DNA of 64,000 bases from Bacillota bacterium (GTDB lineage Bacteria; Armatimonadota; HRBIN16): assembly GCA_023511455.1 (NCBI GenBank), contig JAIMBJ010000001.1:1146-65145 (forward strand), read 5' to 3'. Position 1 is the stretch's first letter; every line of letters starts with the position of its first letter. The position numbers and the translations under genes were made by a program. Shown piece by piece: positions 48,202-57,094 of this stretch. The notes below the pieces were generated by a model, which saw nothing but the letters and a program-made list of their open reading frames with translations, had not been told where the DNA came from and searched no databases.

Positions 48202-49182
48202 ATGTCGGAGCTGCGGTGGCATCCGTATCTGGAGCAGTGGGTGATTACGGCAACGCATCGTCAGGAACGCACTTTCCTGCCTCCGAAGGAGTATTGTCCG
48301 CTCTGTCCAACCCGACCGGGCAGCATGGAAACAGAGGTTCCCTATCCCGACTACGAGATTGTCGTCTTTGAGAACCGGTTCCCCTCACTCCAGCGCAGCG
48401 CACCGGAGCCTGCCGTCGAGGCTACCCCGCTGACCCCGGTCATGCCGGCACAGGGTGTGTGTGAGGTGGTGCTTTACACTCCTCAGCACGAGGGGGAGAT
48501 GGCGGACCTGTCGGTGGAACAGATTGCAAAACTGGTGGAAGTTTGGACAGACCGTTTTGAGGAGTTGTCCAGCTATCCCTTCGTGGAGTACGTGTTGATT
48601 TTTGAGAATAAGGGCAAAGAGATTGGCGTGACGATTCCGCACCCGCATGGGCAGATATATGCCTATCCGTTCCTGCCTCCGTTGATCGAGAGGGAAATCC
48701 TGTCCGCGCGAAAGTATTATGAGCAGTTCGGCAAGTGTCTGGTTTGTGCGGTGATGGAGCAGGAGTTGCAGGATGGGCGAAGGCTTATCACCCGCAATGA
48801 GCATTTTGTAGCTTTTGTGCCCTTCTTTGCGCGGTTCCCCTACGAGGTGCATGTGGTACCCGTGCGCCACGTCGGTACCCTGCCCGAAATGAGCACGGAA
48901 GAGCACTGGTCGCTGGCGGAGATGCTCTCTGTGGTGACGCGCACGTTGCGCAATCTGTGGGAGATGTCCATCCCCTATATTATGCTGCTGCACCAGTCGC
49001 CGGCGCGAGAGGTGAATAGCCCCAGCTATCACTTCCATGTGGAGTTTTATCCCTTCAACCGTACTCGCGACAAACTGAAGTATCTGGCGGGTTCCGAGCA
49101 GGCTGGCACGTTTATCAACGATACTCTGGCGGAAGAGACTGCGGCGTCGCTGAGAGAATCTCTGGCGAGGTTGCAAAAATAA
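48202..49182 (+). CDS. galT: galactose-1-phosphate uridylyltransferase (HIT-family GalT)
   Basis: Zinc-site CPLCP, HIT-like HPHGQIYA, duplicated half-barrel architecture. Confidence 0.75.
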   Translation: MSELRWHPYLEQWVITATHRQERTFLPPKEYCPLCPTRPGSMETEVPYPDYEIVVFENRFPSLQRSAPEPAVEATPLTPVMPAQGVCEVVLYTPQHEGEMADLSVEQIAKLVEVWTDRFEELSSYPFVEYVLIFENKGKEIGVTIPHPHGQIYAYPFLPPLIEREILSARKYYEQFGKCLVCAVMEQELQDGRRLITRNEHFVAFVPFFARFPYEVHVVPVRHVGTLPEMSTEEHWSLAEMLSVVTRTLRNLWEMSIPYIMLLHQSPAREVNSPSYHFHVEFYPFNRTRDKLKYLAGSEQAGTFINDTLAEETAASLRESLARLQK

Positions 49183-49296
49183 CCAGTCGCTGAAAAAAGT
49201 TGTAACCTGAGGGCTGAGGCTGCGTCAATAATAGTGACGGCAGCTCGATTGAGGGAAAGCCCTCCCTTCTGCGGCAACAGCAACCGCAGTCCGCAG

Positions 49297-49326
49297 ACCG
49301 CCTGAACAAGGCGGTTATTTTTTTTG
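49297..49326 (+). terminator. rho-independent terminator after galT (ACCGCC-TGAACAA-GGCGGT + TATTTTTTTT)
   Basis: Perfect 6-bp GC stem followed by a T-run, read directly. Confidence 0.6.
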
Positions 49327-49355
49327 CCCCTCGTGACGGTGTTTGTTTGAAACGG

Positions 49356-49385
49356 AACGTCCTTCCCCACGCGGGGAAGGACGTT
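49356..49385. terminator. 13-bp perfect stem hairpin AACGTCCTTCCCC-ACGC-GGGGAAGGACGTT between convergent galT and WYL genes (no clear U-tract)
   Basis: Read directly. Could act bidirectionally or be a structural element. Confidence 0.35.
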
Positions 49386-49422
49386 TCACACTCCTACCTT
49401 ACATGCGGGAGACGAGGCGACG

Positions 49423-50490
49423 TTACATCCCACCGGACGTAGCGGCTGTGCCCTGAGGAGCGTAGAGCGCTGCCATCGCCTGCGTCATCTTCGCAAACTC
49501 CTGCCGCAAGTACTCCGGCTCCAGCACCTCGGCATCGGGTCCCCATGACAGTATCCACCATGAGATTTCCTTGGTGCCATAGGTTTCCGCAATGCAAATC
49601 ATGCTGCCGTCCGGTTGCATCTCCATCTTGTAGAATCGCCTTCCATGCGTGTCGCGCACGATATGCGCCACACGAGGCGAGAACTTCACCTTCACGATGA
49701 CTTCGTCGGTCTTACCCCACACACCCCACGACCGCTCGAACCAGGTGTCGGGGTCAAAGCGAGTGGGCTTGCGGAACTTCTGGGGCAGCATCTCCGCCTC
49801 GCGGATGCGGGACACGCGGAACAGCCTTACCTCGCCGTGTCGCTCGGAGAAGGCAAGCAGATACCAGTGGTGCTCACGGAAGGTGAGATGGAGCGGATGG
49901 ATGACGATTTCCTCCTCCTGATTGGTAGAGGCAGCCCAGTAACGAATACGCACCTTACGTCTGAGTGCGAAGGCGTTTTGCAGCGTGAGCATGATAGTCT
50001 GGAAGGCAAAGTAGTTGGCGTAGGTGTCGGTGTCGATGCTCACGTGCTGTTTGAGCCGGTCCACCTCACGCTGGGTTGCGGCATCGAGCATGGAGCGGAT
50101 TTTGTTCATTGCGCTCTGCAGGTCTTTGGCGAAGATACTACCCTGCATGATGGCAGGGTTGGATGCCGCAATCTCCAGAGCGAGAGCCTCTTGCGGAGTG
50201 AACCGGATGGGTTCCAGGGAGGTCTGAGGCTCCAGAATGTACTGCCTTTGCCTTCGGCTGTAGCGCTTTGCCAGCAAGTCGTTGTTCTCGAGCAGCCGCA
50301 GGTAGCGATACACCGTGCGTTCAGACACTCCCAGCTTTTCCGCCAATCGCTTGGGCGTCAGGTCCTCCTGCTGGCGGATTTCCTTCATCAATGTCAGAAG
50401 TCGCTCGGTCTTGGGACGTCTGGCTTGGAAGCCATACATGTTCACCTCGGGCATGTCGCATTCCCTCCCATGTTTGGTTTTCACTGCCAT
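49423..50490 (-). CDS. YafY/WYL-domain transcriptional regulator (wHTH + WYL + C-terminal WCX-like)
   Basis: N-terminal HTH (…LAEKLGVSERTVYRYLRLLE…) and WYL-domain region with conserved aromatic/Arg positions. 355 aa. Confidence 0.7.
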   Translation of the reverse strand: MAVKTKHGRECDMPEVNMYGFQARRPKTERLLTLMKEIRQQEDLTPKRLAEKLGVSERTVYRYLRLLENNDLLAKRYSRRQRQYILEPQTSLEPIRFTPQEALALEIAASNPAIMQGSIFAKDLQSAMNKIRSMLDAATQREVDRLKQHVSIDTDTYANYFAFQTIMLTLQNAFALRRKVRIRYWAASTNQEEEIVIHPLHLTFREHHWYLLAFSERHGEVRLFRVSRIREAEMLPQKFRKPTRFDPDTWFERSWGVWGKTDEVIVKVKFSPRVAHIVRDTHGRRFYKMEMQPDGSMICIAETYGTKEISWWILSWGPDAEVLEPEYLRQEFAKMTQAMAALYAPQGTAATSGGM

Positions 50491-50704
50491 GGTCGCATGT
50501 AATGGTTTGACGGTTGACCCTGCTCTTTAATCTTATAACAACACATGCGCAGAAGTCAAGCGCTTCACCACACAAACTGAAAATTTTGGTAAATTTTTTA
50601 CATGTACCACGTGATTCTTGTCTAAGTTTATTATAAACAGTAAGAAGACAAACAAAACGGGAATTCAACTAAAAGGCAAGCCGAACTCTGCAGCGCCGTC
50701 CTGA

Positions 50705-51553
50705 CTAAAAGCTGCTGAGAAGCTCTTTCAGCCGTTGTAAGTTGACGGGATGCATTTTTTCGGGCTCCGGCGTTTCGAGGATTACCGGCACGTGTGCGAT
50801 GCGAGGTTCGTGCAACAGGATGCGGAAAGTCTCCAGTCCAAGCTCACCTTCGCCGATATGCTCGTGGCGGTCTACACGACTTCCCAGAGGCTTCTTCGCG
50901 TCGTTGACGTGAATCACCTTCAGCCGCTGCAGACCGATAATCCAATCAAACTCATCCAGCGTGGCAGATAATGCCTCAAAGGTACGGATATCATAGCCAG
51001 CCACGAACACATGACAGGTATCGAAGCACACTCCAATACGCTCCGAGCCTCCTGCCATGTCGATGATGCGAGCCAGATGCTCGAAGCGATAGCCCAGGTT
51101 GGTTCCCTGACCGGCAGTGGTTTCCAGGGCGATACCCACGCGCAAACCTTCGGTTTGCTGGAGAAGAAAGCGCACGCTTTCGCCCAGTGTCGCCAGACCC
51201 GCCTCCTCCGACGAGTTGAGATACGCACCCATGTGTGTGACGACCCAGGGGATGTTCAGCGCTTCAGCCCTCCGCAGCTCGTCCAGAAAGGCTTCGCGAC
51301 TACGCTGCAGAACATCCTTGTCCGGAGCAGCGAGGTTAATCAGATAGGAGTCATGGGATATGATGGTATCAATACCTGTCTGCTGGCGTGCTTCATCAAA
51401 AGCGGCAATCTCCTCTTCGGAAAGAGGGCGCGCACGCCACTGGCGCGGGCTGGTGGTGAACAGCTGAACGGCGGTGCATCCGATCTCATGACCCGAAGTA
51501 ATCGCCTTATGAAGACCACCTGTGGTGGGCATGTGCGCACCCAGTAAGCGCAT
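50705..51553 (-). CDS. nfo: endonuclease IV (Nfo, AP endonuclease 2 family)
   Basis: MRLLGAHMPTTGGL…QLFTTSPRQW…HDSYLINLA aligns with E. coli Nfo from residue 1. Alternative upstream in-frame ATGs at 51562 and 51565. Confidence 0.85.
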   Translation of the reverse strand: MRLLGAHMPTTGGLHKAITSGHEIGCTAVQLFTTSPRQWRARPLSEEEIAAFDEARQQTGIDTIISHDSYLINLAAPDKDVLQRSREAFLDELRRAEALNIPWVVTHMGAYLNSSEEAGLATLGESVRFLLQQTEGLRVGIALETTAGQGTNLGYRFEHLARIIDMAGGSERIGVCFDTCHVFVAGYDIRTFEALSATLDEFDWIIGLQRLKVIHVNDAKKPLGSRVDRHEHIGEGELGLETFRILLHEPRIAHVPVILETPEPEKMHPVNLQRLKELLSSF

Positions 51554-51569
51554 GTTTGCCATCATGTGC

Positions 51570-52682
51570 CTAGCCCCTCTCCATATACGGTATATCGCGC
51601 AGGAGCGTATGGTCTGCCATGCTGTGAATGCTGCACTGTGCCGCCAGCGCCTGTGCAATCTCGCGGAAGGCTTTCGCCTGTGCGGACTCGGGGTGCGCTA
51701 CCACTGCAGGCACACCTTCGTCCCCGCTGACGGAGATGTTCGGGTCCAGCGGGATGGAGCCGAGGAACGGTACTTGCAGTTTATCCGCAGCGTATTTTGC
51801 GCCCTTACCGGCAAAAACAGAGGTGACCTGACCGCAATGTGGGCAGGCAAAGCCCGACATGTTCTCAATAATACCCAGTATGGGTATAGGCCGCCGGAGA
51901 GTTTCTTCCATCTTGCGGAACATGGCTACCGCCTTTCCCGCGATAGTGAATGCCACGTCTTGAGGGGTCATAACGATGACAACGCCAGTTATGGGTACGG
52001 ACTGCGAGAGTGTGATGGAGGCATCACCTGTTCCCGGAGGCAGGTCTACAATCAGGTAGTCTTTCTCTCCCCATTCCACGTCGGTCAGCAGCTGCCTGAC
52101 CGTGCCTGCGACCATGGGACCGCGCCAGATGACGGCACTATCGTCGGGCAACAAGAACCCCAGCGACATCATTTGCACGCCGTAGCGCTCGATGGGGATG
52201 ATTTTGTCGTTGATAACAGGAGGAGTTTCACGGGTGCCCATCATCAGCGGAACCGACGGGCCATATACATCGGCATCCAGCAATCCGACCTTCGCGCCCA
52301 GCTGCGCCAGAGCGACCGCGAGGTTGACCGCTACGGTGCTCTTACCGACACCACCTTTGCCGCTGGCAACCGCCACCACCTGCCGAACGGTCGGCAGCAG
52401 GTCCTCAGCCCCGATGCTGCGAGAACGCGTGCTGGCGGTCATCTCCACGTTGACTGACTTGACGCCGGGAAGCTGCAATACCGCCTGAGTAGCCTGTGAT
52501 TTCATCAGGTCCTTGACGGGACAGGCAGGGGTGGTCAGCTCTATCTTGAAAGCCACGTTGCCGTCGCATATCTTCACGTCTTTCACAAAGCCGAGGCTGA
52601 CGATATCACGGTGCAGGTCAGGGTCTACGACTGAACGAAGCGCATCCAGAACCTGTTGCTCGGTGATGGAATGCTCACTCAT
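51570..52682 (-). CDS. apbC: Mrp/ApbC/NBP35 Fe-S cluster carrier ATPase with N-terminal DUF59 domain
   Basis: DUF59 (…VLDALRSVVDPDLHRDIVSLGFV…), deviant Walker A GKGGVGKST and a CxxC motif (CPHCG). Confidence 0.85.
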   Translation of the reverse strand: MSEHSITEQQVLDALRSVVDPDLHRDIVSLGFVKDVKICDGNVAFKIELTTPACPVKDLMKSQATQAVLQLPGVKSVNVEMTASTRSRSIGAEDLLPTVRQVVAVASGKGGVGKSTVAVNLAVALAQLGAKVGLLDADVYGPSVPLMMGTRETPPVINDKIIPIERYGVQMMSLGFLLPDDSAVIWRGPMVAGTVRQLLTDVEWGEKDYLIVDLPPGTGDASITLSQSVPITGVVIVMTPQDVAFTIAGKAVAMFRKMEETLRRPIPILGIIENMSGFACPHCGQVTSVFAGKGAKYAADKLQVPFLGSIPLDPNISVSGDEGVPAVVAHPESAQAKAFREIAQALAAQCSIHSMADHTLLRDIPYMERG

Positions 52683-52740
52683 CCTCTTGACTCCTTCTGA
52701 GGCCGGAAAGGCTTTTTACAGGATTGTACCCCGAAGCGTT

Positions 52741-53010
52741 CTGGAAGGCAAGTCGGTCAGAGGGTGTGCGAGACATGGTAGGAGTCAGGCAATTGTAATA
52801 GTCTTGCAGAGTTGGCGACACAAAGCGACATCATCTGTCATTCTGAGCGAAGCGAAGAATCTCTTTTGAGGCGCAGAGATGCTTCGCTTGCGCTCAGCAT
52901 GACAGGAAAGTGTCGCTTCATTCGCTGGAACAAACCTCGAGGCGATTCCACGAACACCCTTAGTCGGTCAGAGGGTGTTCGATAAATCCGCCGGACACCC
53001 ATGATGGGCG
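52741..53010. repeat. composite intergenic repeat region: 16-bp direct repeat GTCGGTCAGAGGGTGT (52753, 52964) flanking an ~78-bp hairpin element (52833-52910), followed by GGTGTTCGATAAATCCGCC (52975-52993)
   Basis: Read directly. The hairpin element recurs at 54808-54884 (~90% identity). The 19-mer recurs at 41458-41476. Confidence 0.65.
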
Positions 53011-53116
53011 AGGGCCCTCCGAACCTTAAACCCTTCTCCAACCGTGAGCAGGAAAAAGCGATATCGGAAAGAGAATCACTTCATGAATGCATAACTGCAG
53101 GGAGGAGGGATATTCA

Positions 53117-54571
53117 ATGGTACAACTTCCGCGCATAAAACTTGGACTAATCGCCGCAAACCGCGGTTTCTTCAGCGACGAGCTCGCCGCGAAGATGCGC
53201 AATGAGACCATTACCGCGATGCGCGAAGCAGGCATCGAAGTGGTCGTGCCAGATGAAAGCATGACCAAACTGGGTTGTGTGGAAACCCTGAAGGAGGCAT
53301 ACATCGCGGGCAAACTCTTCCGTGAGCAAGGCGTAGACGGTATTGTGGTCGCGGCGGTGAACTTCGGCGATGAGCAAGGCGTGGCCGCTGCTATCAAAAC
53401 CGCCGACCTGAACGTGCCGATTTACATCTTCGGATGCCAGGAAGAGGAAGTGCTTACACCCAGTACCCCACGCCGCGACTCGTTCTGCGGGCTGCTCTCG
53501 ATCGGGGAGGCGCTGCGTCAGCTGGGTGTGGAGTACACGGTAGGACGGGTGCCCATCCTGTTCCCTCGCGAAGAAGCGTTCAAGAAGGACATCCTGCGCT
53601 TTGCCGCCGTGTGCCGCGTGGTCAACGGTATTCGCAAGGCGCGATATGGGCAGATTGGTGCGCGTCCGGATGCTTTCTGGACATGCCGCTTCGACGAGAA
53701 GATGCTCCAGCGTTTGGGACCGACGGTGGTCACTCTGGACTTGTCCGAGGCAATCGCTGCTGTCCAGCGCATGGACCCCGAAAGCGCGGAGGTGCAGCAG
53801 AAGATGCAACAGATTGCCCAGTACGCGGATGCCAAGGGCGTGCCTGCAGAGGTAGTGAACAAGATGGCGCGCTTCGAGCTGTTTGTGGAGCGCTTCATCG
53901 AAGAGAAGGGGCTGGACGCACTGGCAATCCAGTGCTGGACATCGATCCAGATGAACCTGGGCATCTGTACCTGCACCACAATGAGCCGACTGGGAGACCG
54001 GGGCATCCCATGCGCGTGCGAGTCGGACATTATGGGCACGCTGTCCATGCACGCCGCACTGCTGGCATCCGGCGCACCGGCTACCCTTGCCGACTGGAAC
54101 AATCTGCACAACGAAGACCCCGAGCTGGCGAACCTGTGGCACTGCGGCGTGTATCCCACCACTTTCGCCAAGACACCTCCGCGCATCGGCGTACAGGAGA
54201 TTATCGCCACCACGACCGGGCGTGATAACGCGACCGGAGTGATCGAGTTCGAGGTGAAAGAGGGACCGGTCACCCTGTGCCGTATCACGCAGAGCGCAGA
54301 TGGCGAGTGGAAAGCGGCGCTGGCACAAGGTACGATTGAGGAGAACCGTGCGAAGACCTTTGGGGCGTATGGATGGTGCCGCATTCCCGGCTTGCAGCGA
54401 TTCTACAGAGACGTGCTGTGTCGGCACTTCCCGCACCATGTGGCAATGACGCTGGGCTCCGTGGGCGATGTGCTGTGGGAGGCTCTGGGCAACTATTTCG
54501 GCATGGACGTGTATGCGCCCGACGCCGCCTCCGGTGTCTGGACGCCTGAACCGCCGTTCTGGAGCGATTGA
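53117..54571 (+). CDS. L-fucose/L-arabinose isomerase family protein
   Basis: ~485 aa. ATG at 53117 preceded by GGGAGGAGGG. Family resemblance over the N-terminal Rossmann-like sugar isomerase domain and C-terminal beta-barrel; identification by recollection only. Confidence 0.5.
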   Translation: MVQLPRIKLGLIAANRGFFSDELAAKMRNETITAMREAGIEVVVPDESMTKLGCVETLKEAYIAGKLFREQGVDGIVVAAVNFGDEQGVAAAIKTADLNVPIYIFGCQEEEVLTPSTPRRDSFCGLLSIGEALRQLGVEYTVGRVPILFPREEAFKKDILRFAAVCRVVNGIRKARYGQIGARPDAFWTCRFDEKMLQRLGPTVVTLDLSEAIAAVQRMDPESAEVQQKMQQIAQYADAKGVPAEVVNKMARFELFVERFIEEKGLDALAIQCWTSIQMNLGICTCTTMSRLGDRGIPCACESDIMGTLSMHAALLASGAPATLADWNNLHNEDPELANLWHCGVYPTTFAKTPPRIGVQEIIATTTGRDNATGVIEFEVKEGPVTLCRITQSADGEWKAALAQGTIEENRAKTFGAYGWCRIPGLQRFYRDVLCRHFPHHVAMTLGSVGDVLWEALGNYFGMDVYAPDAASGVWTPEPPFWSD

Positions 54572-54807
54572 GCATCAGCATCATGATGTTTGGGGCAAGC
54601 CTCCCGGCAGGTTGTCCTTACGTCATCGCCGGGGGGGCTGCAACCCCGAAACAATCATCAGGCAGACGGGGCGCTTGCTCGCCGAGGCCTCGCGATGGCG
54701 CGGTGCTATCGCCCTGGTGATGGAGAGGAATCTTCGGGTGCGCAATAGCGGTTAGGAGTTTCGCAGTTGAAAGACTGCGGCGGATTTTTGCGATATAAAG
54801 CGGCATT

Positions 54808-54884
54808 ATCTGTCATTCTGAGCGAAGCGGAGAATCTCTTTTGCGGTTCTGAGATGCTTCGCTTGCGCTCAGCTTGACAGGAAA
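54808..54884. repeat. second copy of ~78-bp hairpin (MITE/REP-like) element ATCTGTCATTCTGAGCGAAGCG…CGCTTGCGCTCAGC(A/T)TGACAGGAAA
   Basis: ~90% identical to 52833-52910; internal inverted repeat TGTCATTCTGAGCGAAGCG / CGCTTGCGCTCAGCATGACA. Confidence 0.65.
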
Positions 54885-54993
54885 TAGTCTGCGCAGTCGC
54901 CGAAAAAGTATTCCAGCCACCTGTTCACGGTAAATGCGTAACTCCTAAGCGGTAATAATAAGTGAGACGGTAAGAACAGGGGGGTGAACCCGA

Positions 54994-55917
54994 TTGGAGA
55001 GAGGCACAATTGACCTGTCCAGAATCAAGACGTATCCGATTGCCGAACGCCACAATCTGGTCAAGCGGTCGGATTTCATCGCCGATACACGGGATTTTCC
55101 CGTCTGGCAGAATCGGAACTTTCTGCAGCTGGTCAGACGGGTAATACGGGCGGCTAAGGAAAAGAAGCAAATCATCGTGATGATGGGCGGTCATGTGGTC
55201 AAAAGCGGGCTCTCGTTGCTGATTATTGACCTGATGAAGCGAGGGGTCATCACCCACGTGGCAGGCAACGGAGCCGTGTCCATCCACGACTTCGAGATGG
55301 CGTTGATCGGCGAGACCAGTGAGTATGTGCCACGAAGTATTGAGGACGGCTCCTTTGGCATGGCGGAAGAGACCGGACGCTTCATGAATGAAGCCATCAA
55401 TCGCTACGCCGAAGAGGGGATGGGATACGCCATTGGCCGGTGGATTGTGGAGCATAATCTGCCTTACCAGGAGTACAGCATTCTGGCGAACGCCTATCGT
55501 CTGGGGGTTCCCGTGACGATACACGTGGCTATCGGTACCGACATCATTCATCAGCATCCTGCCTGCGATGGTGCAAGAACGGGATTAGCAACTTATACAG
55601 ATTTCAAAATATTCTGCCACAGCGTGGCTCAAATGAAGGAAGGATGTTACCTCAATTTCGGCTCGGCAGTTATCGGACCGGAGGTGTTTCTGAAAGCGCT
55701 GAGTATTGCTCGCAATCTGGGTTATCAGGTGCATCCCATAACCACCGCGAACTTCGACCTCCGTCGCGGGTTAAACGACTATTTCTATCGCCCCTCCAAG
55801 AATATCGTCGTACGACCAACCTCGCTGGGGGGCAGGGGATTCAATCTTCGGGTAGACCACAAGGTGAGCATTCCCTCGTTGCACCGCCTCGTGGTGGAGG
55901 CTCTGGAGGCGACGTAG
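54994..55917 (+). CDS. deoxyhypusine-synthase-like (DS family) protein
   Basis: IIVMMGGHVVKSGLS…LMKRGVITHVAGNGAVSIHDFEMAL parallels the DHS pattern (TSNLISSGIRE…LVTTAGGVEEDLIK). TTG start preceded by GGGGGGTGA. Ends 1 nt before the sbcD start. Confidence 0.5.
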   Translation: MERGTIDLSRIKTYPIAERHNLVKRSDFIADTRDFPVWQNRNFLQLVRRVIRAAKEKKQIIVMMGGHVVKSGLSLLIIDLMKRGVITHVAGNGAVSIHDFEMALIGETSEYVPRSIEDGSFGMAEETGRFMNEAINRYAEEGMGYAIGRWIVEHNLPYQEYSILANAYRLGVPVTIHVAIGTDIIHQHPACDGARTGLATYTDFKIFCHSVAQMKEGCYLNFGSAVIGPEVFLKALSIARNLGYQVHPITTANFDLRRGLNDYFYRPSKNIVVRPTSLGGRGFNLRVDHKVSIPSLHRLVVEALEAT

Positions 55918-55918
55918 T

Positions 55919-57094
55919 ATGGCACAGGTATTGACTGTTGCCCATATCAGTGATACCCACCTGGGGTATCGTTCCCTGTCTAAGGAAGATGCTAGAACGG
56001 GAGTGAACCAGCGCGAGGTAGACGTGTATCACGCTTTTGCCCATGCGATGAAGGCGATACAGGAGGCGTCTCCTGACCTCGTGCTGATTACCGGGGACCT
56101 TTTCGATAAGAAGGTGCCGAGCATCTGGTCATTGCGGCGGGCGTTTCGAGTGTTGCGCACGGTTCAGGAAGCACGCGGCGGCAAGCCGCTCATCATCTTG
56201 GGGGGGAACCATGATACCCCTCGCACGCGCGAAAGCAGTGCGGTCTTCCCGCTATTCGAGGAGATACCCGGTATCAAATCCGTGTACGGAATGCCGCAGT
56301 GGGTGCATCTGCCTGACCTTTCGACAGCGGTGTTTTGCATACCCGCTGCTGGTGTCGTGCAACTGGTAGAACAGAACCTGCAGCCAGAGCCTGACCCGCG
56401 GTTCGTTTTTAACATACTCGCAGTGCACGGTATCCTGCAGGGAATGTTCAACTACGATTACACGCCCTTCTTCCTGCCGATGTCGCGCGTGCTGGATGAG
56501 CGGTGGGACTACATTGCGCTCGGCGATTATCACGACTTTCGCAAAGTGGCGCGCAACGCGGCGTATGCCGGTGCGACAGAGTTCACCACCACCAACATCT
56601 GGAGCGAGAACCGCGAGAAGGGCTGGGTGTGGGTGGAGATCGAGAAGGGCAAGCATCTTGCTATCCGTCACCAACCGGTTCCAACGCGCCGGGTGGTCAG
56701 TCTGCCCGATGTGGACACCCTGCAATGCGCCTCCACAGAAGAGGCGATAGAGAAGATACTGGCAGAAGCCAGGCTGGAAGATACCGCCAATGCGCTGGTG
56801 CGGGTGCGCATCCTGAACCTGCCCTACTCGGAGCGTGCGAGGGTGCATCGCGCCATCGTGGAGGGAATGGAGAATGCTTTCCACGTACAGGTGGATTTTC
56901 GCGCGGCTCCGCGCATCTCACCCTCTGCGGGCGGACAAACATCGGAAACAGGTGTAGCCCAACCCATCGAGGAACGCTGGCGACAGTTTGTTGAGGAACA
57001 CAAAGGCGAGCTGCCTGTGGAAATCGGCGCGGAGGAGGTCATCTCTCGTGGACTGCAGGCTCTGGGCGCGGTAGGTGAGGGGGTATCCGCATGA
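55919..57094 (+). CDS. sbcD: Mre11/SbcD-family nuclease
   Basis: Calcineurin-like phosphoesterase motifs VAHISDTHLG, GDLFD, GNHD. Confidence 0.85.
   Translation: MAQVLTVAHISDTHLGYRSLSKEDARTGVNQREVDVYHAFAHAMKAIQEASPDLVLITGDLFDKKVPSIWSLRRAFRVLRTVQEARGGKPLIILGGNHDTPRTRESSAVFPLFEEIPGIKSVYGMPQWVHLPDLSTAVFCIPAAGVVQLVEQNLQPEPDPRFVFNILAVHGILQGMFNYDYTPFFLPMSRVLDERWDYIALGDYHDFRKVARNAAYAGATEFTTTNIWSENREKGWVWVEIEKGKHLAIRHQPVPTRRVVSLPDVDTLQCASTEEAIEKILAEARLEDTANALVRVRILNLPYSERARVHRAIVEGMENAFHVQVDFRAAPRISPSAGGQTSETGVAQPIEERWRQFVEEHKGELPVEIGAEEVISRGLQALGAVGEGVSA

Noticed and set aside
53147-54439. 430-aa minus ORF and 263-aa plus ORF overlapping the fucose-isomerase-like gene
   Set aside because: Shadow frames. 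The 53117-54571 frame has a strong RBS and family resemblance.
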